Positions 1 through 12,752 of a stretch of DNA of 64,000 nucleotides are shown here, piece by piece. Numbering within the stretch: the first letter of the stretch is position 1; each line of letters opens with the position of its first letter. The stretch is from Haliotis rubra. Its lineage: Eukaryota. The DNA lies in NCBI RefSeq assembly GCF_003918875.1, contig NW_025764899.1, forward strand, positions 62,001-126,000. The letters are read 5' to 3'. The position numbers and the translations under genes were made by a program. Below the pieces are notes generated by a model. The model saw nothing but the letters and a program-made list of their open reading frames with translations. It was not told the origin of the DNA and did no database searches.

Positions 1-37
1 GGCGGACGCTCTAACCACTACACCTGGGAGACGGTCT
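1..37 (-). mobile_element. tRNA-derived SINE head fragment (family C)
   Basis: ggcggacgctctaaccactacacc is identical to the head of the SINE copy at about 30272-30296. Confidence 0.6.
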
Positions 38-133
38 CGTGTTTGTGGTCCACGTGGCGTGAACCGTTAGGGAGCGATATGAGGCTCTAGCGAACTGCCT
101 TAATCTATACATGCCGCTTGTACAGATACCCAC

Positions 134-3100
134 CCAACTTTGACAGATGTTCTGCATCCGTGTGCATGATGTCCACGAACTGGGCGTCCGTCTTGTCCAG
201 TCTAATGTCGCAGTTATCCTTGTCAAACGAGGGGCCTGCCGGATCCATGCCTGGGAACATAGACTCTTTCTGTGACCAATCTCGCACGCTAAACTTATAC
301 TTTCTGGAATCAAGGATACCAATAGTGCGCAGTCAAACAAACTAACAGGGAACGCTGCCGTTGAGTGTAGTCCAGAACCTATGGTACCTTCGTATGCGTT
401 TCCAGGTCAGTGGGCAAGAATTTAGCCTAAGCTTTTGGAACCCCCCCTTGTTCAGCCTTGATTTGGAACTAGCTGAGGGTGTTGTCGGTGTGACCTTTCC
501 GTACTTACATTCAGTGTTAAATTGGCCCCTTCCACAAATAAGTTCAGTCTGCAAGAACAGTTCTTGCGTTTCCAAATTAAATGATGCCCCGAAAGTATAT
601 TAACAATTCATTTGGCTGTCATTATATCAAAGGCAATTGGTTTCGCACGAATGAAATGTCGGCACTATGAAGCGATGCTACTTCCTGTACACATTGAATC
701 ACGGTCACGTTTGAGGTGTACCTGTGATTCACACTTGAGGTGTACCTGTAATTCACATTTGAGGAGTACCTGTAATTCACATTTGAGGTGTAACTGTAAT
801 TCACACTTGAGGTGTACCTGTAATTCAAATTTGAGGAGTACCTGTAATTCACATTTGAGGTTCACCTGTAATTCACATTTGAGGTGTACCTTTAATTCAC
901 ATTTGAGGTGTACCTGTAACTCACGTTTGAGGTGTACCTGTAATTCACATTTGAGGTGTACCTGTAATTCACATTTGAGGTGTACCTGTAATTCACATTT
1001 GAGGTGTACCTGTTATTCACATTTGAGGTGTACCTGTAATTCACGCCTGAGGAGTACCTGTAATTCACATTTGAGGTGTACCTGTAATCTACATTTGAGG
1101 TGTACCTGTAATTCACATTGAGGAGTACCTGTAATTCACATTTGACGTGTACCTGTAATTCGCCCAAGCTGTCCACCCAGCAGCTGACCCACTTGTCCGC
1201 TGATGTGAGCGCCGAGGCTGTGGCCGATGATGTGGATGTCACCGTATGATGTGCCGATTTCGTTCAACGCCTTTATGAACAGTGACAGCATGGATGCCAC
1301 GAGTCTTGTGTTGGAGGCAGCTTGGTCGTATATCTTGGGGGATGCGCCTTCTTGCCAGTTTACACGGAACACATTGAAATCACCCTGTACAGATAAAAAC
1401 ATTAATAGCTAAGATAATTATGTTGAAGCCGACGACATACATACATATTGTAATGTTCAAGCTCGTCATGTGTTTATCTTGTGCCAATGTATAAATTGAC
1501 GACGTGGGTCAATATTTTAATGGTCAAGATGTTGACATTCAGCACTATACCACAGAATGCCCGAACTGATGAGCCGAATGTGATTACAAGTAAATAGTGC
1601 AAGAATATCATTCAGGTGACAAAGCAATAAAGCAATAATATACTTTAGGTGACAAGGAGAGAAATGCAAGAATATTATTTAGGTGACAAGGAGAGAAATG
1701 CAAGAATATTATTTAGGTGACAAGGAGAGAAATGCAAGAATATTACTTAGGTGATAAGGAGAGAAATGCAAGAATATTATTTAGGTGACAAGGAGAGAAA
1801 TGCAAGAATATAATTTAGGTGACAAGGAGAGAAATGCAAGAATATTATTTAGGTGACAAGGAGAGAAATGCAAGAATATTATTTAGGTGACAAGGAGAGA
1901 AATGCAAGAATATTACGTAGGTGATAAGGAGAGAAATGCAAGAATATTATTTAGGTGACAAGGAGAGAAATGCAAGAATATTATTTAGGTGACAAGGAGA
2001 GAAATGCAAGAATATTATTTAGGTGACAAGGAGAGAAATGCAAGAATATTATTTAGATGACAATGAAATAGTGCAAGAATATCACATACGTGACATGGCC
2101 ATAATGCAAGAAACTCATTTAGATGATAAGGAGATAATGGAAGAGTATCACTTCGTTAACAAAACAGTATGTAATAATATCAGGTAAATGACAAAGAGAT
2201 AACACATGAATACCATTTTGGTGACAAGGGGATAATGCAAGAATATTATTTTCGTGACAAGGGGATAATGCAAGAATACCATTTAGATAACAAGGAAATA
2301 AAGCAAGAATATTATGCTGGTGACAAGGGGAAAATGCAAGAATATTATGTTGGTGACGAGGAGATAATGCAAGAATACCATTTTGGTGACAAGGAGATAA
2401 TGCAAGAATATTATGCTGGTGACGAGGGGAAAATGCAAGAATACCATTTTGGTGACAAGGAGATAATACAAGAATACCATTTAGGTGACAGGGAAAAAAT
2501 GCAAGAATATTACGCTGGTGACGAGGAGATAATGCAAGAATACCACTTAGGTGACAAGAAGATAACGGGAAAATGCCATGTATGTACAAGGAGATAATGC
2601 GAAAACAACATTTAGGTGACAAGAAGATAAGGGTAGAATACCAGTCAGGTAAGGAGATAATCAGATTATGATGAAGGAGCAACCATACACTCCGAAACGT
2701 CGTGTTATTCACAATACAGAAGTTGACGTCCATAATCTTGCTTTTCTTATGCATTCCACTTCTAAATGGCCTTCAAGGATTTGAAGGGATGTTACATTCA
2801 GTACAGGAACATAATGGAAGAATGCCATCTACGTGATATGGAAACAATGCTATAATATTAAGGACAGGTGGACTCTCACTATTTCAAGCAATGTGCGCTC
2901 TATGTTAGCCACCCATTCCGAGAGACAGTCGTCAGTGTAGCCGTGAATGATGAAGTAGGTGCGTTTCCCGGCGGTGTAGTGACTGTTGGAGATGCTGAAT
3001 ATGTTGCCTGCGTTGTCGGTGTTGGTGTCGATGTTGATCCACTGAGGGTAGTACCTGTTGTTCCGGGTGTAGAGGGCAAGCTGTAGTCCCTGCTCATCGG

Positions 3101-6100
3101 GTGACTGGGGAATACAACCCTTCGTGTTGTCATACGGATATTCGTTGCCGAAACAGCCGAACTCCCCGAAACATTCCCACTTCTTCTTCGACCCGAAAAA
3201 CCAACCTGAAACATCGCGTTCATTTATTGTATGAATGCTGTTTAATGCCTCAATATTCCAGTAGCCTAGTGGTTAAAGTTCGCTCGTCAAGCCGAAGAGA
3301 GGGGTTCTATTCCCCACAATGTGTGAAGCCCATTTCTGGTGTACCCCGCCATGATATTGCTGGAATATTGCTAAAAGCGGCGTAAAAACTAAACTTACTC
3401 ACTCACACAGTCCAACTATAGGGCGGTTGTCATCAAATTACTCAACTGGGCAAACCAATGACTGAACAGTAAGCAAAGATGCATATTACCTGGGCACAAT
3501 GACGTGCATTCAACAATGCAGACTAACGCTTAGTCTCTGATTATATATGACTATCTGCTAAAAACGGATGGGGTCCCCATATGTCTCTCCTGCGATGAGG
3601 CTTTCACCGTCAAACATATTCTGCTTTAAAGTGTGTGTGTGGACTTTACATCTGCAAGGGACTCGCATTATCACGCAACCAATCTGAAAGATCTGTTCTC
3701 CAGCGTGAACGCTCATCTGATACTGAACTGACTGACTGACTGAGTTTGGTTTTACGCCGCTTTTAGCAATATTCCAGCAACATCACGGCGGGGGACACCA
3801 GAAATGGGCTTCACACATTGTACCCAGATACTGAACTACCTGAGGAAAGTTGATCTATATCATAAATTGTAACTGTGTAATGTCACGAACGAATTTACCT
3901 GCTTTTCAATTTAGTGCTATGACATTCTGTTCCAAAATGACAATGTAATGAATGTGTGTCTTTGAAACGAAACCACTTTGTACTGACAATGTATATTAAT
4001 GCAGACTTGTTCTCGTCACTATATGGCTGGAATAATGCCGATGTGACGTAAAGCCCAACTCAACTCAACTCAACTCAACTCAACTCTGATTATATATCAT
4101 ATTATAATAAACCCATTTATATTGAAAAGGAGCCCTAGGCAGACCAGATATTCATGAACCTCGAGAAATCTAGATTTGCTTCATTTAGGGCTTTGGCACT
4201 GCAGGGAGGGCTTGGCTGCAGGGAAAATATAATGTGGTTCAGGGACTGTGAGACAGACAATTAATCACACCACAGAACCTGAACCTTATCTTAATCGTCT
4301 CCTACAGGCAAGAACCGGGATTCTAGTCTGACCCAAAATACTCAGAGGGACATTTCATAGTACCAATGATTTATGAGTGAGTGAGTGAGTTTAGTTTTAC
4401 GCCGCACTCAGCAATATTCCAGCTACATGGCGGCGGTCTGTAAATAATCGAGTCTGAACCAGACAATCCAGTGATCAACAGCATGAGCATCGATCTGCGC
4501 AATTGGGAACCGATGACATGTGTCAACCAAGTCAGCGAGCCTGACCACCCGATCCCGTTAGTCGCCTCTTACGACAAGCATAGTCGCCTTTTATGGCAAG
4601 CACATGGGTTGCTGAAGATCTATTCTACCCCGGCATCTTCACGGGTCAATGATTTATGAAAACTAAAACTCTGCTATCGATCAAAGAAGACACTGAACTC
4701 GTTAATTGATCTTCGTTTCCCTTATATCGTTTTGCATTTAACGTCGGCCTGGGTTTAACACATCCTCGATAATCTCCAGGGTATACGTTACGATCACTCT
4801 GCACTATACCCTGGAGATTATCGAGGATGGGTTTAACACCGTTATGTATTTCTGAAAAATAGGCAACTTTCACAATGCAATATTTCAAAGACACAGTGTT
4901 TCCCATAAGTGAAATACAATCATGTTAAGTTCAACTGTTTAGCTTGGTTAATAATGATTGTTCCGATAAAGCGGTATTATTGCGGTATTGTTCCGATAAA
5001 GCGGTATTATTGCGGGCTAGCCGTAAAACAACACCCTCCCATTGATTTCGTGAAGTAGCTCTAATAAGAACCCATCTACTTTATTCATACAGAGACGCGC
5101 AAGCGCACGCACACACACTCTCTCCATTTCTGGTGTGATGTAATTCAAAACTTACGTCACAATAAGATTTGATTGACGTTAACAATGACGCCTACGTCCT
5201 GATGACGTACACAATATATACTGGTGTGTGTAAAAGTGATATCTGTTGCACATACGATGTTATGACGTCGGATATTAAATTACTAGCCCTAACGGTAAAC
5301 AACAAGTTTCCCTTGTGGTCGACATAGAATTCACTGTCGAAGTGCAAACAGGGTCAACAAGCAAGTGACGTAATATCAATCTATATACTGAGTCAAAAAA
5401 ACTTCACATTCTTTCTTCGGGGCACTATAAAAGAACAAGAGATGGTAAGATGGTTAAATTGTTATTATTTCATTGCTGAGATCTGTGTGATGTACTCGAT
5501 ACACTGACAGTGCCATAATCAGTTTCATTAGGCTACACCGCCGTTCCAAAACATGGGTATACGACATGGGTATACAACATGGGGAATGTCAAGTCACAAG
5601 AATAAAAATGCGAAAGTTCTCAGTTCAATATCGTGTATGGCCGCCCCGCGCATCGACCACTGCCAAACACCGTCTCCTCCTCGACTGCCTGATGCTTGTG
5701 AACACGTGGTTGGGGATTCTGCGTCAGTGCTCTTGCAAGGCAGCGCCAAGTTCCTGCAAATTCTGAGGCTGGTTCCTAAGACCGCAGCCTTCTCCCAAGT
5801 GCATCCCAAACGTGCTCTATTGGATTAAGGTCAGGGGACCTCGAAGGCCAGTCCATGACGTTGATTCCAGCGTTTTGAAGGAAATTTCGTGTCAACATCG
5901 CGGTATGCTGGAACTGTAGACCTGGGCCATGAGCCGTCATGAAAGATACGAGTTCAGGGGTGAGCACCTGGTCGCGGTAAGCAGCAGCTGTGGGGTTTCC
6001 ACGGATGACCAGAAGTCGGGAACGGTTGTTCCCACAGAAAGCCCCCCCACACCATGCAACTTCCGCCCCCGAATCTGTCGACTTCCTGTACACTACATTG

Positions 6101-9100
6101 GGCATACCGTTCACGACGTCGTCTCCAGACTCTATGCCTGCCGTCAGCGAATCTGAGGGTAAACCTGGATTCATCGCTAAAGACGACTCGATTCCAGTCT
6201 CTCGGGGTCCATCGGAGGTGACGTTGGACCCACAGCAGACGTTGACGTTGATGAAACGGCGTCAATATTGGCCCACGATATGGACGTCGATAATGGAGAT
6301 TGGCAGCCCGCAACCGATTTTGAATGGTCTGTGAGGACAGTCGACCTCTAAACATCTCAGCCCTACGTAGGTGACGTAGGACGATTTGACGGTCTTCTGC
6401 TCGTGACGTCACACGTGGACGACCGGACCTTGGGAGATCAGAAGTGGTGCCAGTTTGTTGTAGACGACCTCGCAAGTCATACACAGTACGACGGCTACAC
6501 CCCATTGCTCTTGCGACGTCAATAACTGATCTTCCCGCTTGCAACATGCCAACGGCACGTTCACGTTGCAAATTTGATAATCGTGGAATTTCAAGTACCG
6601 TTAGAACTGTGGTTTAAAAGTGTTTTTTTTCAATTCTTGAGGCCAATGCAAACACGTGCATATGAAGAAAACTTCGATGCGAAGATCACGTGATCGACTG
6701 CACGTGCAAAACCTGATTTGGCACTAACATCATTTGCACGACGAATGGATGGGTTTGAGTGGGTTTTGCTAACGTTTTTCTAGAGTCGAAAGATAGGGAT
6801 CCCATTTCGGATACATAGATGTATTATCAGAGAAAGATTATTCATTATTTTTCAAATTACATTTTGTGAAGTTTCTTTTTTGACTCAGTATATATTGTGT
6901 ATTCAAAACAGATCAGGGAGATCTTCAATCAAAGAAGAGCTACGGGCTTTCGGTTCTTTTATAATATCATGTTGCCTTTAATTTCGGGTCTGCTTAACCG
7001 GTATGCATGTATGAAATACAGTTTAAGTCACGATGTAATATTTCAAGAGTATCGCAACAATGTCTCTTAAAATTGAAGGACTTTTTAGGGTTACTGTTGT
7101 AATAGTGGAAGCTGGAATAAAGCTGCCATATTGATGACCTTTCCTATCCACCGCGGTGACAATTAAGAACTATGATGGCTAATGACTATAGTAATGTAGC
7201 TGCACAATGATGATGTAGTTTATACAGGGATCACCAAGCTTTGATAGTCTAATAAAAACGAGACATGCGATTGACATGTAGGCCGCCATTAGTGTGTGTT
7301 GAGATACTGTTTTCCGACAAATAAGTACATTGGGTCTCGGATACAACCAGACTTATCATCACTAAAACGACCGTTTAAATTACAAATGAATATGCGCCGA
7401 CTCACTCGAGTCGTCAAAATAACTAAGAGTAACCAACTCACGGCATTCTACTGTTGTACGATCCGTCGTTCGACAAGTCTGTCAAATCAACATTGACACA
7501 AGTACCTGAACTTCTAATATAATTTCGAATGGATCTCAAAAGAATATATTGACCATATTAATATTGCAACTGTCATTTCAAAATGTATTCCTGGAAACTA
7601 ATCAATCATCTTTGTTGTTGACAAAACGACGATACACATTCTCCTCCCAGTGACACAATACGAGGCGGGACGGTACCGAGCACTGTTGGTGTAATTACAG
7701 TATGATAGGGACGACCTTGTGGAACTTTCAGGAATACAATTGTGAAAGTGCTTTCGAAACATTTATTAATATCATAACTGGGGCACTACAGACATATTGC
7801 AAAGAACGATGTAAATGTGATTCGCACGGCACATTTACCTAATATGTATTACCGTTTAGGTGATTGACACCTCAAAGAGGCGCTAAGCAAATGTCAGAGG
7901 TGCAAAGTGGGGCATCTCACACGACTCGATGAATTTCCATAAACCGTATAACCAATATGTATAGGGTTAACACTGTGCCCTACTGTATGAAACTGACATG
8001 AACGCATTACGCTCAGTTCACTGGCACCTACTTCAGACGCGCAATTGTCAAGAACTGTATTATACAATACAATGTGACACATAAACCTGTCTCCTCGGCA
8101 GTCTGATCAAGTTTACACACATTTTCCGGTATGAACTTTATGACGATTATTTCACACAACCTTTCCAGTACTAACTTTCCTAATATTTGGTTAATAATTG
8201 CAGATTAATTTCAAAATGTGAGGTTAAATTGCCAATCTTTTATAATTTGCGGACAAAGAAACAAATAGAGAACTTCAACTACTGTGTCTTAACATTGACT
8301 GAATCAGCAATTTCGTTCAACCAATGGTGCGGTATCTCAGTGTATAGTACTTTCTTAAGCTGAATATGAAACATCCAGTTCCGTACAGATCTCTCTGACA
8401 CATTCTGACGTGTTAGTAGTATACCTTCTAACGTATAGTCTGTGCAGAACGTTTTAACATATTGTGGCATGTTAGTTGTAAATTCTCTAACAAACACTAC
8501 ACGCCAAAAGAAACGTTACCCTCCTACCTTTATGAAATACTTATCATCATATCAGAGATATGTTAGTCGGTATTAGTTTACAAGAAAGCTTAACAACACA
8601 GCTTTATGCAAATCACGAACACAAATTCTCAAATGCGTTCATATTTAGATGAAATGCATCGTTTTCAGAAGAGTTAAATTGTCCTATTTCCGACCATGCC
8701 AAAATAAACCAATAACAATGATTTAGATGTCCAAAAGAAAAGTTGAAATACAATTCTGCTTTGAGACAAAGAGTCGCCACCCCTTTTCAACCTCTAAAAC
8801 AAGAAACAACTGTTGTAAAGAGTATAAAATTGTAAAAGAATCATTCCTATGATTTCAGTGTTTTAAAACATTTCCTGCTGATTTGCACTAGTGAAAACAA
8901 GTAAAACGTGTCTTTGATACTGTGAAAAAGTGTTTAGGAACCTATAAAATTATCCATACCGAAATAAACCAATAAGTTGCAATAACTGTGATTTAGATGT
9001 CCAAAAGAAAGGTTAAAATAAAATTCTGCTTTAAGACAAAGTTAAAACATTACAGTCACCATTTTCAACTATTAAAACAAGAAATAACTGTTGTAGAGTG

Positions 9101-10507
9101 TGTAAAATTGTAAAAGAATCATTCCTATGATTTCAGTCTTTTAAAACATTTTCTGCTGATTTGCATTAGTGATAGAATATTGTGAAAAAAGTGTTTAGGA
9201 ACACCTAAAATTATTTTTGCTTGTAAAGTAATATTTTTTCCATTTTCTGTTTACACATAGTAATATCAATCGCCAAAACGGAGCAATATGCATGCAGTAT
9301 TTGCATCAATTTCACGTGTAGAATTTTTCTATAGGGTATAGAGAGAGCCAATAATGCATGATATGATACACAAGTACGACACATATGCCACACTTAACAG
9401 CTGAAGAGAGAGAAAGAGCCATTGGGATGTTGCAGATGGGGTCGACTTACAATGCTGTTGGCAACGCCCTCGGATGCAACTATATCACGGTTATAGGACT
9501 TATTGAGCGCTAAAGACAGACTGGGGTCAGTGTAGACAGAACAAGAAGTGGATGTCCACGCATCACAACGCCATCTGAAGCTATGTTCCTCCGTCATTAG
9601 GAAGGAGGGTAACGTTTCTTTTGGCGTTTATAGTGTATATGCCTTCTACACAATGTGTAACGCTTTAGTTGAGTATTTTCACTACTCTCTTACTAGCTAG
9701 AAATAGAGACATGTGTTTAAAAAAACGTTCGTCCCTTCATGCACCTACCCTCTAAGCCTACTCTCACCGATGACCCAAGAGCCCAATCTCTGCACTTCCC
9801 TAGAGCCCAATATCTGTACTCTCACCGATGACCCAAGAGCCCGATCTCTGCACTGCCCTAAAGCTAAAACTCATCAGTACCCAAGAGCCCGATCTCTGCA
9901 CGACCCCTAAGCTCGATCCGTGCACTACTCTGGAGTCCGATCTTCACACTATCCTCGAGTCCGATCACTGCACTACCTTCAAATCCGATCTGTTGACTAC
10001 CGATCTATGGTGTATCCTCAAGCCCGATCTCTGCACTGCCCTCAAGCCCGATCTCTGCCACTAACCTAGAGCCCGATCTCTTGCTTATCCCAGTGCCCGA
10101 TCTGCCGAATACCCTTTCGCCAAAACTGTCCACGACCCTATTTCCCGACCTTCTCACAACCCTAGTGCTCACTACCTTATCTGTCAAAGATTCTCATGCG
10201 TTGTGCGCCCGTAAGCCTAATTCCCAATCCATGGACCTATATCTTAAATCTCAATAAAACAATTAAAGCGTCACGGATAGCACCTACACACATATCGCGC
10301 TGATACGAAACTCATCTTTGCGTATGGAAGCCAGATTCTCAATATTGTTTCTCGGTTTGTTTACCCATGTTCTGGGGTCTTTACCAATGTTCGTCCTTCC
10401 CACATCATGATGGCATGCTGTGATTTAATCTGAGCAAATGCAGCAAGGGTGTAGGTCTTACCGTCAGTCACGGCGCAGAGAACACACAGCAGGAGTACGA
10501 CTCTCAT
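134..10507 (-). CDS. Pancreatic triacylglycerol lipase-like (PNLIPRP-family) secreted lipase, 5' part; continues beyond the left edge
   Basis: Exons with GT-AG ends and compatible phases: 10507-10462 (signal peptide MRVVLLLCVLCAVTD-G), 3205-2880 (WECFGEFGCF..LYTRNN..TYFIIHGY), 1384-1153 (NVFRVNW..YDQAASNTRLV..IHIIGHSLGAH..LGRIT, with the GxSxG nucleophile) and 250-134 (GMDPAGPSF..RLDKTDAQFVDIMHTD, with the catalytic Asp). Confidence 0.93.
703..1160. repeat. 24-bp minisatellite (about 19 copies) containing the lipase exon 3 donor junction
   Basis: Minus-strand unit TGAATTACAG|GTACACCTCAAATG; the first unit overlaps the real exon end at 1153. Confidence 0.95.
1595..2650. repeat. 32/30-bp minisatellite in lipase intron 2
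   Basis: Unit ttaggtgacaaggagagaaatgcaagaatatta grading into 30-bp variants. Confidence 0.93.
3262..3405 (+). mobile_element. tRNA-derived SINE (family A), degenerate
   Basis: A-box tagcctagtggttaa, body gaagcccatttctggtgt, tail gatattgctggaatattgctaaaagcggcgtaaaac. Confidence 0.85.
3549..4083 (+). mobile_element. 5'-truncated LINE (I/Nimb-like ORF2 C-terminus) with (CAACT)n tail and a nested SINE fragment
   Basis: Remnant YLLKTDGVPICLSCDEAFTVKHILL (C-terminal zinc-knuckle region). 14-bp TSD ctctgattatatat at 3535 and 4084. Family A SINE piece at about 3730-3826 flanked by gatactgaact duplications. Confidence 0.8.
4375..4648. mobile_element. Dispersed SINE-like repeat (family B)
   Basis: The same sequence (..gtctggaccagacaatccagtgatcaacagcatgagcatcgatc..gtcaaccaagtcagcgagcctgaccacc..) recurs at about 38175-38375, 42058-42190 (inverted), 43955-44125, 44330-44562 and 47570-47810. 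Confidence 0.85.
5386..6890 (-). mobile_element. Tc1/mariner DNA transposon with defective DD34E-type transposase
   Basis: TIRs tactgagtcaaaaaa..acttcaca / tgtgaagt..ttttttgactcagta flanked by TA. Minus-strand HTH (QRERAVGMLQAG..GRPRVT), VVFSDESRF and WPSRSPDLNPIEHVWD are split by frameshifts, and the QDNA motif (second Asp) is deleted. Confidence 0.95.
8495..9635 (+). mobile_element. Internally deleted Tc1-like element, copy 1
   Basis: TIR cactacacgccaaaagaaacgttaccctcct / ggagggtaacgtttcttttggcgttt..agtg. N-terminal HTH remnant (AEEREK..IGMLQMG..SGRPRITT) at about 9385-9580. Internal duplication of about 270 bp. Confidence 0.88.
9770..10170. repeat. Degenerate ~24-bp tandem repeat
   Basis: Unit resembling gagcccgatctctgcactgccctc. 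Confidence 0.75.
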
Positions 10508-10964
10508 CGTGAAAACCAGCTCTTGGTGGCAAAAGGGACGTCTTCGTCAGCGATCTCTCCACCAGTAGGTGGTACGACTTGATCGACTTGCATTTTAAAC
10601 CCTTTTGCATGGCCAGATCCACCAATCAGAAGTAGTCTTGCCCAGGTAACTACCCACCAATAGGCAACCAGGGAACGGGTATGATCGCTAAAAGTCACTG
10701 ATTGTTTGGTGCTGAATAAACTTAGACTGGTGCTGTAGTAACAGATACGATCTCGAACAGGCACATGAGTGCGTGTAGAGAACTAGTGGAAGAGTTCACA
10801 CATATTCCGTTGTAAATTATTTGCACAATACATTTATTTCAATGCTAATCGCATTAATTATATGCTAGCATGAAAACAGCCGCTCAACCACAACGTGAAG
10901 GTTTACACCGCCCATAACCTGCCTACATTCCACATAACGTTCCTACACCATCCACAAAACTGTG

Positions 10965-12226
10965 CAGCACACCACTCATAACACAATCTTCTGTCTATCA
11001 GCACACCACTCATAACACAATCTTCTGTCTGTCAGCACATCACTCATAACACAATCTTCTGTCTATCAGCATACCACTCATAACACAATCTTCTGTCTGT
11101 CAGCACACACACTCATAACACAATCGTCTGTCTGTCAGCACACCACTCATAACACAATCTTCTATCAGTACACCACTCATAACACAATCTTCTGTCTGTC
11201 AGCACACCACTCATAACACAATCTTCTATCAGCACATCACTCATAACACAATCTTCTGTCTATCAGAACATCACTCATAACACAATCGTCTGTCTGTCAG
11301 CACACCACTCATAACACAATCGTCTGTCTGTCAGCACACCACTCATAACACAACCTTCTGTCTATCAGCACACCACTCATAACACCATCTTCTGTCTGTC
11401 AGTATACCAGTCATAACACAATCTTCTGTCTGTCAGCACACCACTCATAACACAATCTTCTGTCTATCAGCATACCACTCATAACACAATCGTCTGTCTA
11501 TCAGCACATCACTCATAACACAATCTTCTATCAGCACACCACTCATAACACAATCTTCTGTCAGCACACCACTCATATCACAATCTTCTATCAGCACACC
11601 ACTCATAACACAATCTTCTATCTATCAGCATACCACTCATAACACAATCGTCTGTCAGCAGCACACCACTCATAACACAATCTTCTGTCTGTCAGCACAC
11701 CACTCATAACACAATCTTCTGTCTATCAGCACACCACTCATAACACAATCTTCTGTCTGTCAGCACACCACTCATAACACAATCTTCTGTCTGTCTATCA
11801 GCATAACACAATCTTCTGTAACACATAACACAATCTTCTGTCTATCAGCACACCACTCATAACACAATCTTCTGTCTGTCAGCACACCACTCATAACACA
11901 ATCTTCTGTCTATCAGCACACCACTCATAACACAATCGTCTGTCTATCAGCACACCACTCATAACACAATCGTCTGTCTATCAGCACACCACTCATAACA
12001 CAATCTTCTGTCTGTCAGCACACCACTCATAACACAATCGTCTGTCTATCAGCACACCACTCATAACACAATCTTCTGTCTATCAGCACACCACTCATAA
12101 CACAATCTTCTGTCTATCAGCACACCACTCATAACACAATCTTCTGTCTATCAGCACACCACTCATAACACAATCTTCTGTTTGTCAGTACACCACTCAT
12201 AACACAATCTTCTGTTTGTCAGCACA
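10965..12226. repeat. 34-bp minisatellite upstream of the lipase start
   Basis: Unit cagcacaccactcataacacaatcttctgtctat, more than 30 copies. Confidence 0.96.
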
Positions 12227-12752
12227 TGACAACGTGGCTACATATGACACATTGCCTAGGGATCACCAAAAACGTCTACATACACAACATTCGACAGCAT
12301 GGATACACTATCCATAACTTGTGTTCACATCATGTGCTAATATACACCTTCCATAATTTACCTCAGCGGGGATCAGAACCGTAGCGTTCTGTGAGTGAGT
12401 GTGATATTTTAGCAATATTCCACAATATCACGGCTGGGGACACCAGAAATGCGCTTCACACAATCGAACCCGTGTCTTCGGCGTGACGTGCGTAGCGTTC
12501 TGTGAACCACTCTGAAGCACATGCTTGCAATAGCTATCACTGACATTTATGCAGGTATCCACGAAAACCGTTATGAAAGCAGATATACATAAAATAATAC
12601 ACCTGTTTGAAACGACCTTTATTGAGAGTTGTTATTTGGAAGGTGTTCATTACACACGCAAGTAGTTGCATCATAGGAAATGGTAAACCAAGAATAATGG
12701 ACGACTCATTCCGTCATTCATTCTTGTAGGGTCAAGCAGTACTGTCGTGAAG

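Noticed and set aside
612-1121. Cys/His-rich ORF (CTCNSHLR)n resembling a metallothionein or zinc-binding protein
   Set aside because: Antisense translation of the 24-bp donor-derived repeat.
2119-2754. 211-aa and 120-aa ORFs on both strands
   Set aside because: Products of a 30-bp minisatellite in a lipase intron.
2900-3223. Thr/Ser-rich mucin-like ORF
   Set aside because: Alternative frame of lipase exon 2; the lipase frame has the family motifs.
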